A stretch of DNA of 64,000 bases from Candidatus Woesebacteria bacterium (lineage in GTDB: Bacteria; Patescibacteriota; Microgenomatia; UBA8517), in assembly GCA_016700095.1 (NCBI GenBank), contig CP065002.1, forward strand, positions 716,175 to 780,174, in the 5' to 3' direction. Positions 48,681 through 58,844 of the stretch are shown here, piece after piece (position 1 is the first letter of the stretch; every line of letters begins with the position of its first letter). The position numbers were made by a program, and so were the translations under genes. The notes under the pieces were generated by a model that saw only the letters and a list, made by a program, of their open reading frames with translations, had not been told where the DNA came from and made no database searches.

Positions 48681-49952
48681 TCAACCACTTGCCTTTTTAC
48701 CCATACCGTTTTTTTCCAAAAACTGATATCCATATGTATTGATAACATATATACCAGCAATTGATACACAAGCTATTATAGACAATAAAACCCGAATACC
48801 CAATAGTTCTGCAATTGTCCCGGACAATATAACCGGAAATACTGTTGCTATTGTAACCATAAACCAAAAATTTCCAAATACCCTTCCGCGCATTCCGACG
48901 GGAGTTACTTCCTGAAGTTGTGTTTGTAAAGGAATATATATTGAAATAAAGGCAATCCCCACTCCCATCAGCGCAAATAGTCCGGTTGACATCCTGAGCA
49001 TAATGTTTAACCTACCAGCAACCAACGACAAATAAAGCATCGAAAACGATAGGAATACGAGCCCGTATTTGATTAGAGTAATTTTCCTCAGCTTAACTTT
49101 CAACAACTTTGGTACAATAATCGACGCACAAACTGCGCCAACTCCAACCGGTGCAGCCACAAATACACCCACCAGATCGAGGTTGATTTTAAATATATGT
49201 AAAGCCACAATCGGCGCACTTACAACAACAACAGCGGTAGTGATCTGCAAACAAAGCATTAGAATAAAAGGAATATAAATACTTGGTTTACTTTTCAAAA
49301 ATCGGTAACCAAGCGATATTTCCTTGAAAAAAGCAAAAAAGGCATCATCAAAGTTTTTAGGTATTTTTTTGTTAAGGACGGTTTTGGGAAGTCCGGTTAC
49401 ACTCAGAAAGGCAATAAAAACAAATACAGAACACAAGTACATCGTATTTTCAAATCCTAGTTTACTATTTAAAATACCCGCAAGCGAAAATCCCAAAACC
49501 ACAGACGACTGTTGTGTCAAGAAAAAAAGACCGTTCGCAAACGAATATTGTTTTCTTTTAACAAGGGAAGGCAAAGTTGCAAACTCCGCCGGTACATAGA
49601 ACTGATTGAAGAAAGAATAAATGATTACAACACCATAAAGTAAAAATATACTAAGGGATTGAACATATGCATAACCTGCAATAATTAGTGCTTGTATCAA
49701 ATTGGTGTATAACAAGGTTTTCCGTCGATCGGACATGTCTACATATGTTGCAGCTATGGGGCCAACGAGAATTGCAGGTAAGGCATAAGCGACCCATAAA
49801 AGTGCAACAGCAATCGCAGATCCGGTTTCGTTAAAAAGCAATATTAGAAGAAGGAAGTTCATTACATTGACCGTCAACTGCGAGAGTATTTGCGAAATCC
49901 ACAAACGCACAAAGTTTTTGTTTCTAAGAAGCGGTTTGAATTCTGACAACAT
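48681..49952 (-). CDS. MFS transporter (start set at the internal Met that avoids gatA overlap)
   Basis: About 12 TM helices. RLWISQILSQL near the N-terminus. The raw ORF extends to 50036, overlapping the gatA 3' end; the M29 ATG at 49950-49952 is 4 bp from the gatA stop. Confidence 0.7.
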   Translation of the reverse strand: MLSEFKPLLRNKNFVRLWISQILSQLTVNVMNFLLLILLFNETGSAIAVALLWVAYALPAILVGPIAATYVDMSDRRKTLLYTNLIQALIIAGYAYVQSLSIFLLYGVVIIYSFFNQFYVPAEFATLPSLVKRKQYSFANGLFFLTQQSSVVLGFSLAGILNSKLGFENTMYLCSVFVFIAFLSVTGLPKTVLNKKIPKNFDDAFFAFFKEISLGYRFLKSKPSIYIPFILMLCLQITTAVVVVSAPIVALHIFKINLDLVGVFVAAPVGVGAVCASIIVPKLLKVKLRKITLIKYGLVFLSFSMLYLSLVAGRLNIMLRMSTGLFALMGVGIAFISIYIPLQTQLQEVTPVGMRGRVFGNFWFMVTIATVFPVILSGTIAELLGIRVLLSIIACVSIAGIYVINTYGYQFLEKNGMGKKASG

Positions 49953-49956
49953 GACA

Positions 49957-51369
49957 CTACAACACGGCAACTTGGGGTGTATAACCGACCCACGTCTCAT
50001 ACATACTGGCCAAATTAAAAAGTGTTGCCTCGCCAAACCTTGGAGCCATTAACTGAAATCCAAGAGGTAATCCGTTTTTGGTAAATCCCGATGGTATAGC
50101 AAGACCCGGAATACCCGCCATGTTTGCAGATACCGTTAATATATCTGCCAAGTACATTTGCAAAGGATTACTCGTCTTTTCACCTAATTTAAAGGCACTG
50201 GTGGGCATAACAGGGGCAAGAATGGCATCAACTTGACTAAAGGCATTGTCAAAATCTTCTATTAATTTTGATCTGACTTTCATGGCTTTCAAATAATAGG
50301 CATCATAGTAACCGCTTGACAAGACATAACTACCCAACATAATCCTCCGTTTTGCTTCCGGAGAAAACGCCGCTCTGTTTTCACCAAAACGCACGCCATC
50401 ATACCGACCCAAATTGGATGAAACCTCTGCCGTCTGAATTATGTAATAAACTGAAATTGCATATTTAGTGTGCGGCAAGCTTATTTCTTGTAATTTAATT
50501 TTATTTTCTGCAAATACTTTTGAAGCGTCCATAACCGCTTTTTCCACTTCTTTCTCGATACCCTCAACAAAATATTCTTTGGGTATGCCAATTACATATT
50601 CCTTATTGGCGGATTTTTCGATCGGGTAATCAAAATTAGTAACCGTGCTGTCAAATCCATCAGTACCTTTAGTTACGTTAAATAGTGTTTCGCAATCTCT
50701 GGCACATCTTGAAAAATTACCCATGGAATCGGTGGACGACGCCATGGCAACAACACCGTATCGCGATACAGCACCATATGTCGGTTTGAATCCATATACA
50801 CCACAAAAATTTGCCGGGCAACGAATTGATCCCCCTGTGTCGGTACCTGTTGCAACGAGAGAAAAATTTGAGGCAACAGCTACTCCCGAACCGCTTGATG
50901 AACCACCGGGAACTCGCGTCATATCCCACGGATTTTTTGTCGGACCAAAATCCGAATTTTCTCCCGAAGCACCGTGCGCCCATGCATCGCAATTGGTTTT
51001 TCCCAGTGTTACACATCCTGCCCGATCCAACCTGTCTACCACGGTTGAAGAATACGGCGGGATATAGTCTTTGAGCACATTCGCTCCTGCCGTTGTTCGT
51101 ATGCCCTTGGTTAGATACAGATCTTTATGTGCGACACACACCCCAAGTAGCGGATATTCATCAAATGCTTTGTCACCCTTATCGCGTATTTCCAGATCCA
51201 AGTCCTCGGCTTTTTTTAGTGCTTTACTAGTCGAAACCGTGATAAAAGAATTTAATTTGTTATCGTGTTTATTAATATTGTCCAAATAAGCGTTGACCAC
51301 GTCGACTACGCTATAATCCTTATTTTTTAAACCTTGTCTGGTTTCATTAATCGTTAGTGGAATTTTCAT
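49957..51369 (-). CDS. gatA: Glu-tRNA(Gln) amidotransferase subunit A (amidase signature)
   Basis: GGSSSGSGVAVAS amidase-signature Ser-cisSer-Lys region. 470 aa. Confidence 0.9.
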   Translation of the reverse strand: MKIPLTINETRQGLKNKDYSVVDVVNAYLDNINKHDNKLNSFITVSTSKALKKAEDLDLEIRDKGDKAFDEYPLLGVCVAHKDLYLTKGIRTTAGANVLKDYIPPYSSTVVDRLDRAGCVTLGKTNCDAWAHGASGENSDFGPTKNPWDMTRVPGGSSSGSGVAVASNFSLVATGTDTGGSIRCPANFCGVYGFKPTYGAVSRYGVVAMASSTDSMGNFSRCARDCETLFNVTKGTDGFDSTVTNFDYPIEKSANKEYVIGIPKEYFVEGIEKEVEKAVMDASKVFAENKIKLQEISLPHTKYAISVYYIIQTAEVSSNLGRYDGVRFGENRAAFSPEAKRRIMLGSYVLSSGYYDAYYLKAMKVRSKLIEDFDNAFSQVDAILAPVMPTSAFKLGEKTSNPLQMYLADILTVSANMAGIPGLAIPSGFTKNGLPLGFQLMAPRFGEATLFNLASMYETWVGYTPQVAVL

Positions 51370-51686
51370 CGTTTAATACTTCTCTTTTTCAATAATATTG
51401 GTACTTTAAAATATGCATTCTCGACTCTTTTTGATCCTGCAATAGCCGCTTTTTGTGTTAGAGTGCGCGAAGGATCAGTCGCATCAATCCTTGTAATATT
51501 TTTCATTTTTATCGACTGTGATGTCGGTACCAACGAAGAAGTATCCACTTCATCAAGTTCTCTGACGTAATTGACCACCTCCGAAAGTTGAACTTTGAAT
51601 TTTTCAATTTCTTCGTCGGTTAATTTCAAACGGGCTAACTTAGCCACATGCGCAACTTCTTCGTTTGTTAAGTTTATTTTTGCCAT
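51366..51686 (-). CDS. gatC: Glu-tRNA(Gln) amidotransferase subunit C
   Basis: 106 aa. EEVAHVAKLARLKL start. 4-bp overlap with gatA. Confidence 0.8.
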   Translation of the reverse strand: MAKINLTNEEVAHVAKLARLKLTDEEIEKFKVQLSEVVNYVRELDEVDTSSLVPTSQSIKMKNITRIDATDPSRTLTQKAAIAGSKRVENAYFKVPILLKKRSIKR

Positions 51687-51870
51687 GTCATTTAAAAAAA
51701 CCAGCGTTCAGACTAGTTTATACTTTGTAGATTATTATCTTTTATAGCCCATCAGATACGCCAAAATTGATATCGATAACCATCTAACATTATATCGTTA
51801 TTTTACATTTACCATTAGTTATGTCAATGCTAGCCAAATACACTTTCTAAATATATGCTAAACTGTATTA

Positions 51871-52230
51871 ATGACTAAAAAGAAGTTAATTTCAACAGAA
51901 ACCTCTATCATAATTTTTTATGTCATGTATTTTATTTGGCTTACCGTGATTACTTTTATCAGCCCCGATATTAAACTATTAAATATATTCTCAATAGGCA
52001 TTGTCGTATTTTATTTTATGTTTCTGCAAGAAAAGTGGGACTGGTTTTTCTTCCTTCTTGGAAGCTTGGCAATTGTCATGTCCATCATAGGTCAATTCAA
52101 AAACTGGGATCTCATTATGGATTATCATAAATTACAAGCTATTCCCTTATGGTTTCCTATGGCTTGGGGTACAACCGCGGTAGCACTCAGAAAATTTTAC
52201 GTGATTATTTCAAATCGGGAAGTCGAATAA
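51871..52230 (+). CDS. Hypothetical integral membrane protein (3-4 TM)
   Basis: Hydrophobic segments throughout. No RBS evident. Confidence 0.35.
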   Translation: MTKKKLISTETSIIIFYVMYFIWLTVITFISPDIKLLNIFSIGIVVFYFMFLQEKWDWFFFLLGSLAIVMSIIGQFKNWDLIMDYHKLQAIPLWFPMAWGTTAVALRKFYVIISNREVE

Positions 52231-52231
52231 C

Positions 52232-54418
52232 TCAGTCTACTTTGCTAATTACAACTTTATCCTTTTTATCCAAATCGACAAATATCTCATCACCCGGACG
52301 GATAGTCTTTTCCAAAAATTCGTAAGCGACTTCATCCATAATTTCATCATTCAATACACGTTTAATCGGCCTGGCGCCATAAGCCGGATCGTAACCTTTG
52401 GTTGCTAATTTATCGCGCACCTTGTCACTGAAATTAATAACAACTTCTTTCTCAAGAAGTTGTGTTTGCGCCTTGGCTAAATGCATATCAACAATTTTCC
52501 TGATTACTGTTATATCCAATTTGTTATACCACACAACTGCATCCAGACGATTTATAAACTCGGGTTTGAAGGTTTGCTTAAGTAATTTATTAATATCTTC
52601 TTCGACACTATCCAGATTATCGTGTGCACCAATAATGCCACTACCCAAGTTACTCGTCATTATAATAATCGTATTTTTAAAATCGACAGTTCTTCCCTTT
52701 CCGTCCGTCAATCGGCCATCGTCGAAAACCTGTAAAAGTAAATTAAAAACATTGGTGTGTGCTTTTTCAATTTCATCTAAAAGCAAAACAGCATATGGTC
52801 GACGCCTAACACTTTGTGTTAATTGCCCGCCTTCATCGTATCCGACATAACCGGGCGGTGAACCGATCAATCTCGCAAGTGCATGTTCTTCCTGATATTC
52901 ACTCATGTCAATTCTGATCATGTTGTTTTCATCACCTGTAATAAATTGAGCCAACGCTTTTGCAGTTTCTGTTTTTCCCACTCCGGTTGGCCCCAGAAAC
53001 AAAAATGTACCAATCGGTCCGGTGGAATTAGCAACACCCGCACGATTTCTTCTTATCGCTTTGGCTATTACACTTAACCCCCGATCTTGACCTACTACTC
53101 TTTTAGCAAGTTCACTTTCCAGGTTGGTAAGTTTGGAAATTTCACTTTCCATTAACCGCGTTAAGGGAATACCTGTCCATTTAGATACCACCATGGCAAT
53201 ATCTTCACCATCTACTTCTTCGCGTAATAATTTCTCATTTTCGGGAATTTTTTTCCATTGCGTTTCCAGGTCTTTAACCTGCTTTTCTTCAACGGGTAAT
53301 TTGCCATACTTAATTTCAGCCGCTTTTGTAAGATCGACATCTCTTTCCGCTTTTTCAAGATCAATTTTCAATTCATCAATCTTACTTCGGTGGTCATGGA
53401 GTTTTTTCAATATCCCCCTTTGTTCATTCCAAATTTTTTCAAGACTATTTACGTCTTGTTTTATGACGTTAATCTTGCTTTCCAAATCCTTTCTTTTTAT
53501 ATTAACTCCTTCACTTTTTTCCCTTTTCAGACCGGCTAATTCGATTTCCAGTTGTGTAATTTTTCGTTTCTTGAGATCAAGCTCGGAAGGCATACTTTCG
53601 GTTTCAATTCTTAACGAACTTGCCGCCTCGTCAATCAAATCTATTGCTTTGTCGGGCAGAAATCTGTCGGGTAAATAGCGCATCGAAAGCTTCGCCGCCG
53701 TAACAATGGCATTATCGGTTATGCGAATACCATGATGAATCTCGTATTTTTCCTTAATACCACGTAATATCGCAATCGTGTCTTCCAGGGAGGGTTCGTT
53801 CACAAGAATTGGCTGAAATCTCCTTTCCAGTGCGGCATCTTTTTCGATGTACTTTCGATACTCATTAATGGTTGTTGCCCCAATGACACGAAGAGTTCCC
53901 CTAGCCAGTGAAGGCTTAAGCATATTCGAAGCATCAATTGCACCTTCGGATGCACCGGCGCCGACAATGGTGTGCAGTTCGTCAATAAATAACACATATT
54001 TGCCCGAAGCTTCCTCAACCTCTTTAACAACCGACTTCAACCGCTCTTCAAACTCACCTCTGAATTTTGCTCCCGCAAGAAGTGAGGCGATATCAAGGAC
54101 GAGCAAATCCTTATCCTTCAAAGAAAAGGGTACATCTCCTGCCACAATTCTTTGCGCCAAACCTTCTACGATTGCCGTTTTACCAACCCCCGGATCACCA
54201 ATCAAAACGGGATTATTTTTTGTTCGTCTTGAAAGTATTTGCATCGTACGTCTTATTTCAACATCCCTTCCTATCACGGGATCGAGGTTTCCGCTTTTTG
54301 CTCTTGTAGTAAGATTAATAGTGTATTTGGGCAAAAAAGGCCCTTCCTCTTTGGGAGTATCTATTATAATCCGATGCTCATTGCCGTTTGTCATACGTAT
54401 ATTAAACACTACTAGCAC
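52232..54418 (-). CDS. clpB: ClpB-type AAA+ disaggregase lacking the N-terminal domain
   Basis: NBD1 begins about 35 aa from the start (LDPVIGRDVEIRRTMQILSRRTKNNPVLIGDPGVGKT). Coiled-coil M-domain and NBD2 (GPTGVGKTE, sensor-2 GARPIKR) are present. 728 aa versus about 860 canonical. Confidence 0.85.
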   Translation of the reverse strand: MLVVFNIRMTNGNEHRIIIDTPKEEGPFLPKYTINLTTRAKSGNLDPVIGRDVEIRRTMQILSRRTKNNPVLIGDPGVGKTAIVEGLAQRIVAGDVPFSLKDKDLLVLDIASLLAGAKFRGEFEERLKSVVKEVEEASGKYVLFIDELHTIVGAGASEGAIDASNMLKPSLARGTLRVIGATTINEYRKYIEKDAALERRFQPILVNEPSLEDTIAILRGIKEKYEIHHGIRITDNAIVTAAKLSMRYLPDRFLPDKAIDLIDEAASSLRIETESMPSELDLKKRKITQLEIELAGLKREKSEGVNIKRKDLESKINVIKQDVNSLEKIWNEQRGILKKLHDHRSKIDELKIDLEKAERDVDLTKAAEIKYGKLPVEEKQVKDLETQWKKIPENEKLLREEVDGEDIAMVVSKWTGIPLTRLMESEISKLTNLESELAKRVVGQDRGLSVIAKAIRRNRAGVANSTGPIGTFLFLGPTGVGKTETAKALAQFITGDENNMIRIDMSEYQEEHALARLIGSPPGYVGYDEGGQLTQSVRRRPYAVLLLDEIEKAHTNVFNLLLQVFDDGRLTDGKGRTVDFKNTIIIMTSNLGSGIIGAHDNLDSVEEDINKLLKQTFKPEFINRLDAVVWYNKLDITVIRKIVDMHLAKAQTQLLEKEVVINFSDKVRDKLATKGYDPAYGARPIKRVLNDEIMDEVAYEFLEKTIRPGDEIFVDLDKKDKVVISKVD

Positions 54419-54510
54419 TCCTATGTCAAGACTGCTAATTAATGCTTGATTGGGATCGCTTGCAAGCTCAAAGTGTTTATTAACTGCAATTATTTTGTTA
54501 TTATCAACTG

Positions 54511-54999
54511 ATGATCAAAGAATTCAAAAAATTTCTGATTCATGGAAATCTCGTCGATCTGGCAATCGGTTTTACCGTTGGTAGTGCTTTCTCTACCGTT
54601 GCCAAGTCGCTGGTAACCGACATCATAATGCCGCCAATTAGCGTGCTTCTGGGTAGTGCCAATTTCGACAATTTCTACTTCGTAATTAAAAACGGCAACC
54701 CTTCCGGGCCATACGAATCTCTTTCGGAAGCTGTAAATGCCAATGCTGCCACCTTAAATATCGGGACTTTCGTTAATAACGTCTTTTCTCTATTTATTGT
54801 AGCTGTTGCTATGTTTTTCGTTATTAAAACAATTAATAAATTTGATTCGGAAATACAAGTAATCACTGGAAAAAAGGATGATGCAAAAAAAAGCGATCCA
54901 ACTTTCAAAAAATGCCCATTTTGTCTAACAAACATTCCCTACCGTGCCAGTAAATGCAGTGCTTGCACCTCGGATCAGCCTAAAGCTAAAAAGAGCTAG
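54511..54999 (+). CDS. mscL: Large-conductance mechanosensitive channel MscL with C-terminal Cys4 zinc-ribbon tail
   Basis: MIKEFKKFLIHGNLVDLAIGFTVGSAF (TM1), second TM, then an extra tail with CPFC...CSAC. Confidence 0.85.
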   Translation: MIKEFKKFLIHGNLVDLAIGFTVGSAFSTVAKSLVTDIIMPPISVLLGSANFDNFYFVIKNGNPSGPYESLSEAVNANAATLNIGTFVNNVFSLFIVAVAMFFVIKTINKFDSEIQVITGKKDDAKKSDPTFKKCPFCLTNIPYRASKCSACTSDQPKAKKS

Positions 55000-55235
55000 T
55001 TTTTCCTCTATATATTTCCAAAAGGTATTCACATTCCATATTGCCTTAAGAATGTGTCCAGTCTATTTTTAATAAGCTTGTTTTAATGTTTTCAATACGA
55101 CTAGCGTGGTCGTGGATCGCTTGGATTTTTTTAACCCCAATCACTTGGAGTTAAAGCAATCGTAAACTTGTCTAATCGAAAGAATGAATATCTATATTAA
55201 CCGTTAATAACGTATTCTCGAGGTGAGATGCTTAA

Positions 55236-56168
55236 TTATGCCATTTCCTCCAAAGCTTTAATCCGATCTTCAACCGGCGGATGTGTGTTGAAAAGATTAG
55301 CAAATAGGCCAACTCCACTTTTAGCCTTGTCTTTGAATGGATTTTCAAAATATAAATGCGCGGTGGCTTTATTGGCTGCTTCAAGCGCTTCATGATCACC
55401 GGATATTTTTTTCAAGGCTGATACTAATCCCGACGGCTGTCTAGTTATTGCAACACTTGAAGCATCTGCCAAAAATTCTCGCCGCCTTGATATTGAAAGT
55501 TGGATTAATTGAGCAATGAATGGCGACAAAATCGCAAGGATTATAGCAACAACAAACAGTATCGCATCAAGTTGAGATCCCTTTCTGTCAGAATTTCCTT
55601 TTCTGCCAAAGTAGGTCATGCGCAAGAAAAAATCTGCAAGTAGAGCAACCGATCCGACCAAAACCGATACGATGCTCATTAGTCGGATATCGTAATTTTT
55701 AATATGAGAGAATTCATGGGCGATTACACCTTCGAGTTCCGTTCTGGTTAGCTTGCTTAGTAATCCGGTTGTTGCACAAATTACTGCATGTTCCGGATCT
55801 CTTCCGGTTGCAAAAGCATTCGGAGCCGTATCTTCTATTACGTATAATTTTGGAGTCGGTAATCCTGTTGCCAGTGAAATATTTTCACTAATCGTATAAA
55901 AATCATAATACGTTTCCTTACTGGCTGGTTTTGCGCCCGAAATGCCCAAAACAATTTTGTCTGAATAATAATAGCTACCCAAACTGGTAAGTCCCGAAAA
56001 TATTAACGCAATCCCGACAATACCCAGTCCTCCCGGTTGATAACCCAGATAGTAAGAAAACGCATTTCCGATTACATAAAAAACAACCGCAATAAATATA
56101 GCAAACAAAATTACTATAAGTGCGCTTTTTTGCTTATTCGCCGATTGAGATTCGTATATATTTTTCAT
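55236..56168 (-). CDS. htpX: HtpX-like M48 membrane protease
   Basis: HEFSHIKNYD (HExxH), downstream Glu ligand region, 4 TM segments. Confidence 0.85.
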   Translation of the reverse strand: MKNIYESQSANKQKSALIVILFAIFIAVVFYVIGNAFSYYLGYQPGGLGIVGIALIFSGLTSLGSYYYSDKIVLGISGAKPASKETYYDFYTISENISLATGLPTPKLYVIEDTAPNAFATGRDPEHAVICATTGLLSKLTRTELEGVIAHEFSHIKNYDIRLMSIVSVLVGSVALLADFFLRMTYFGRKGNSDRKGSQLDAILFVVAIILAILSPFIAQLIQLSISRRREFLADASSVAITRQPSGLVSALKKISGDHEALEAANKATAHLYFENPFKDKAKSGVGLFANLFNTHPPVEDRIKALEEMA

Positions 56169-56224
56169 AAAAACACTAAGTCTTCAATCAAAGAAAACTC
56201 TCTAAGTATATCTGACCAAAGTTA

Positions 56225-56815
56225 CTATTCAAGATTGACTTTAGGTGTCTTTGTATCAGATTGACTTACTTCAACATGTTCTCCTTTTTCAGGTGTAATT
56301 AAACCTGGTTGTTCGGCAAATTTGAAAATGTTTGCAATTATGCTCGATGGAAAAGCTACTCTTTTAACGTTATAGTCCGCCGTTAAATCGATTACAAGTC
56401 TGCGTGCATACATTACTTTGTCAGAAGTATCACGCAACTCATCCATAAGTTTGGTGACAACTCCATCTGCTTTCAGTTCAGGATTATCTTCGACAGCAAT
56501 CTGCAAAGCGGGAATAACGGAAGCCAATTGACTTCCTGCATCTGACATTTTCTGGACATCATTAGATTTAATGGCAGAAGCAACTGCTTTTCTAGCTTCG
56601 GTTAATTTGTCAAAAATACCCTTTTCGTGCTTGAGATAACCTTTCGCCGACGTTTCTAAATTAGGAATCAATTCGGCTTGACGTTTCAGTTGATTACCGA
56701 TTTCTTGTACAGCAGCTTTTATGCGGGCCTTACTGGATACGAAAAAATTATATACAGAAACACCATAGCCCAAAACTACAACCGCCAATACTAAAACAAT
56801 TATTAATATATTCAT
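56225..56815 (-). CDS. lemA: LemA-family membrane protein
   Basis: N-terminal TM plus LemA helical domain (YNFFVSSKARIKAAVQEIGNQLKRQAELIPNL). Adjacent to htpX as in many genomes. Confidence 0.8.
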   Translation of the reverse strand: MNILIIVLVLAVVVLGYGVSVYNFFVSSKARIKAAVQEIGNQLKRQAELIPNLETSAKGYLKHEKGIFDKLTEARKAVASAIKSNDVQKMSDAGSQLASVIPALQIAVEDNPELKADGVVTKLMDELRDTSDKVMYARRLVIDLTADYNVKRVAFPSSIIANIFKFAEQPGLITPEKGEHVEVSQSDTKTPKVNLE

Positions 56816-56945
56816 ATTTAATCACCACCTTTCAAATACGAAAAGTAATTTCGTACGACTCTTTATGCCGTAAAATTTAGTTCTTACAATACAACTATAC
56901 TACATCTTTGATATAAGTATCGGAAGTTTCGTAGAACAAAATAAA

Positions 56946-58769
56946 TTATAGCATCGACTCGAAGTCACTTAAAGAATACGTATTAACAATGTCTTTACTT
57001 TGCGCGTGTCCACGCCTTGCAACATATACCCCGTACTTCATCGTTAACATACTATCTTTGTGATGGCTATCGGTACCGATTGTCAATTTAATTTTGTGTT
57101 TAAGAGCTTCTTGCACCAACATATCGGGTAAATCGAGTCTCGACGGTGATGCGTTAATTTCAAGCCATTTATTGTTTGTTTTGCAAAAGGCAAATATTTC
57201 TTCCCAATCCAACTCAACGCCTTCCCGTTCGTTTAATTTTCTTCCCGTCGGATGAGCAAATATTTTTGCCTTAGGATGCATAAGTGAATTTATTACACGT
57301 CTTGTCATGCGTTTCCGGTCAAGATTAAACGATGAATGAATTGAACAAAGTGCAAAGTCCAGAACATCCATCGCTTTGTCGTCAATAGATAAGCCACCTT
57401 CAGGCAACATGTCTACTTCCAAACTATTGAACACTTTCTTTACTCTGTGTTTAGTACTATTTTTTAATGAGTAATTAATTTCTTCAACTATACGTTTTTT
57501 CTCCTTTAATAGACTATATATTGAGTTAGTGTCATGTTTGCTTTTACTTGGATTGTGTTCTGTAAAAGCAAGATACTCATAATTTAGACTATCTGCTATT
57601 TCAAGCATATCTTCCATCGTTGATAGCCCTAAATCATGTGAGGTTTCTATATTGAAATTAGAGTGCATATGCAAATCGGCTTTAATATCATCCAGGACTA
57701 CAAGGCAAGGCAAAGATTTATCTTCCGCCATTTGGATTTCTCCGCGGTCTTCTCTCAGTTCAGGTGGAATAGGCTCAAGACCGATAAATCTATAAAGATC
57801 GTCTTCGTTGGCAAATTGATATGTTCCGAGAGTTTTATTAAAGAATCTCGCGTTTTCTTTTAAAGTCTTAAATCCCGCCAAGGGTTTAAATCCATAATCC
57901 GATAGACTTAAATTTCGTTTTTGAGCATATTTCCTAAGAGCAATATTGTGATGTTTACTTCCCGTGAAATGCTGTAGTAAAGCACCATAAGCATCAGGGT
58001 TTTCCACCATCAAATCAACTTGTCTTTGTCCCGGTATTATAATCGAGGCGGATCTGTCTCCTTTCTCTAATACTCTTGAAACTTTGGGATATTTGGTGAA
58101 ATGTTCCAACGTCTTTTGGGGATTATCGCTACTTGCGGCAATATCAATATCACCGACAGTAGAAACCTTTCTTCTTACACTACCCAATGCATCGGCTCTT
58201 TGTACCCATTTATCTTTTTGTATCCAATTAATTATCTCTTCGGCAATTTCCTGGGCATATGGCAGAAGAAGTCTAACTTCCCGACCCTCAACCTCTGTGA
58301 CTGACTTAATGAGTGAGTCTATTGATTTCTTTCCAAATCCCGGTATTTGATTTAACTTACCCTCTTTTGCCAGTTTTACAAAATCTTCGTATGGATGTTC
58401 GTCCGAGATTTCAAATTGATTTACCAATTTGAAAGCGGTTTTTGGACCAATCCCCGATATTTTTAAAAGTTCAAATATTGACGGTGGGATTCCTTCAAGC
58501 ACTGTTGCAAAATGCGACGACTTTCCGGTTTCAAAAATATCACCTAAGTGTCCTGCTATACTTTCCCCGATTCCTCCAACCTCGGACAATTTATTGTCAT
58601 CCCACAAATCTTTCGCCTCGCTTGATAAATGTTCAATTGCATCCGCAGCGCGTTCATAGGCGATAATTCGAAACCTGTTTTTTGTCTGATCCTTGATTTT
58701 ATAAGAGGCGGCAACCGCGCGTAACAAATCAACGATTTCAATATTCGTCATGTTTTTCACGATCTTCAT
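56946..58769 (-). CDS. polX: DNA polymerase X family (Pol beta-like) with C-terminal PHP domain
   Basis: HhH/8-kDa and Pol-beta palm (GSVRRKVSTVGDIDIA). PHP motifs ADLHMHSNF...TEHNP...GTDSH. Confidence 0.85.
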   Translation of the reverse strand: MKIVKNMTNIEIVDLLRAVAASYKIKDQTKNRFRIIAYERAADAIEHLSSEAKDLWDDNKLSEVGGIGESIAGHLGDIFETGKSSHFATVLEGIPPSIFELLKISGIGPKTAFKLVNQFEISDEHPYEDFVKLAKEGKLNQIPGFGKKSIDSLIKSVTEVEGREVRLLLPYAQEIAEEIINWIQKDKWVQRADALGSVRRKVSTVGDIDIAASSDNPQKTLEHFTKYPKVSRVLEKGDRSASIIIPGQRQVDLMVENPDAYGALLQHFTGSKHHNIALRKYAQKRNLSLSDYGFKPLAGFKTLKENARFFNKTLGTYQFANEDDLYRFIGLEPIPPELREDRGEIQMAEDKSLPCLVVLDDIKADLHMHSNFNIETSHDLGLSTMEDMLEIADSLNYEYLAFTEHNPSKSKHDTNSIYSLLKEKKRIVEEINYSLKNSTKHRVKKVFNSLEVDMLPEGGLSIDDKAMDVLDFALCSIHSSFNLDRKRMTRRVINSLMHPKAKIFAHPTGRKLNEREGVELDWEEIFAFCKTNNKWLEINASPSRLDLPDMLVQEALKHKIKLTIGTDSHHKDSMLTMKYGVYVARRGHAQSKDIVNTYSLSDFESML

Positions 58770-58844
58770 ATACCGTTTATTTACACTATCTAAGTGTGTT
58801 TTGTAATAATTAAAAACATTACGTGCTTCAAAGCAATTTGCTCA

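Noticed and set aside
49953-50036. N-terminal 28 codons of the MFS transporter ORF overlapping the 3' end of gatA.
   Set aside because: An in-frame ATG at 49950-49952 gives a start 4 bp after the gatA stop and precedes the first TM helix. The longer form is unlikely.
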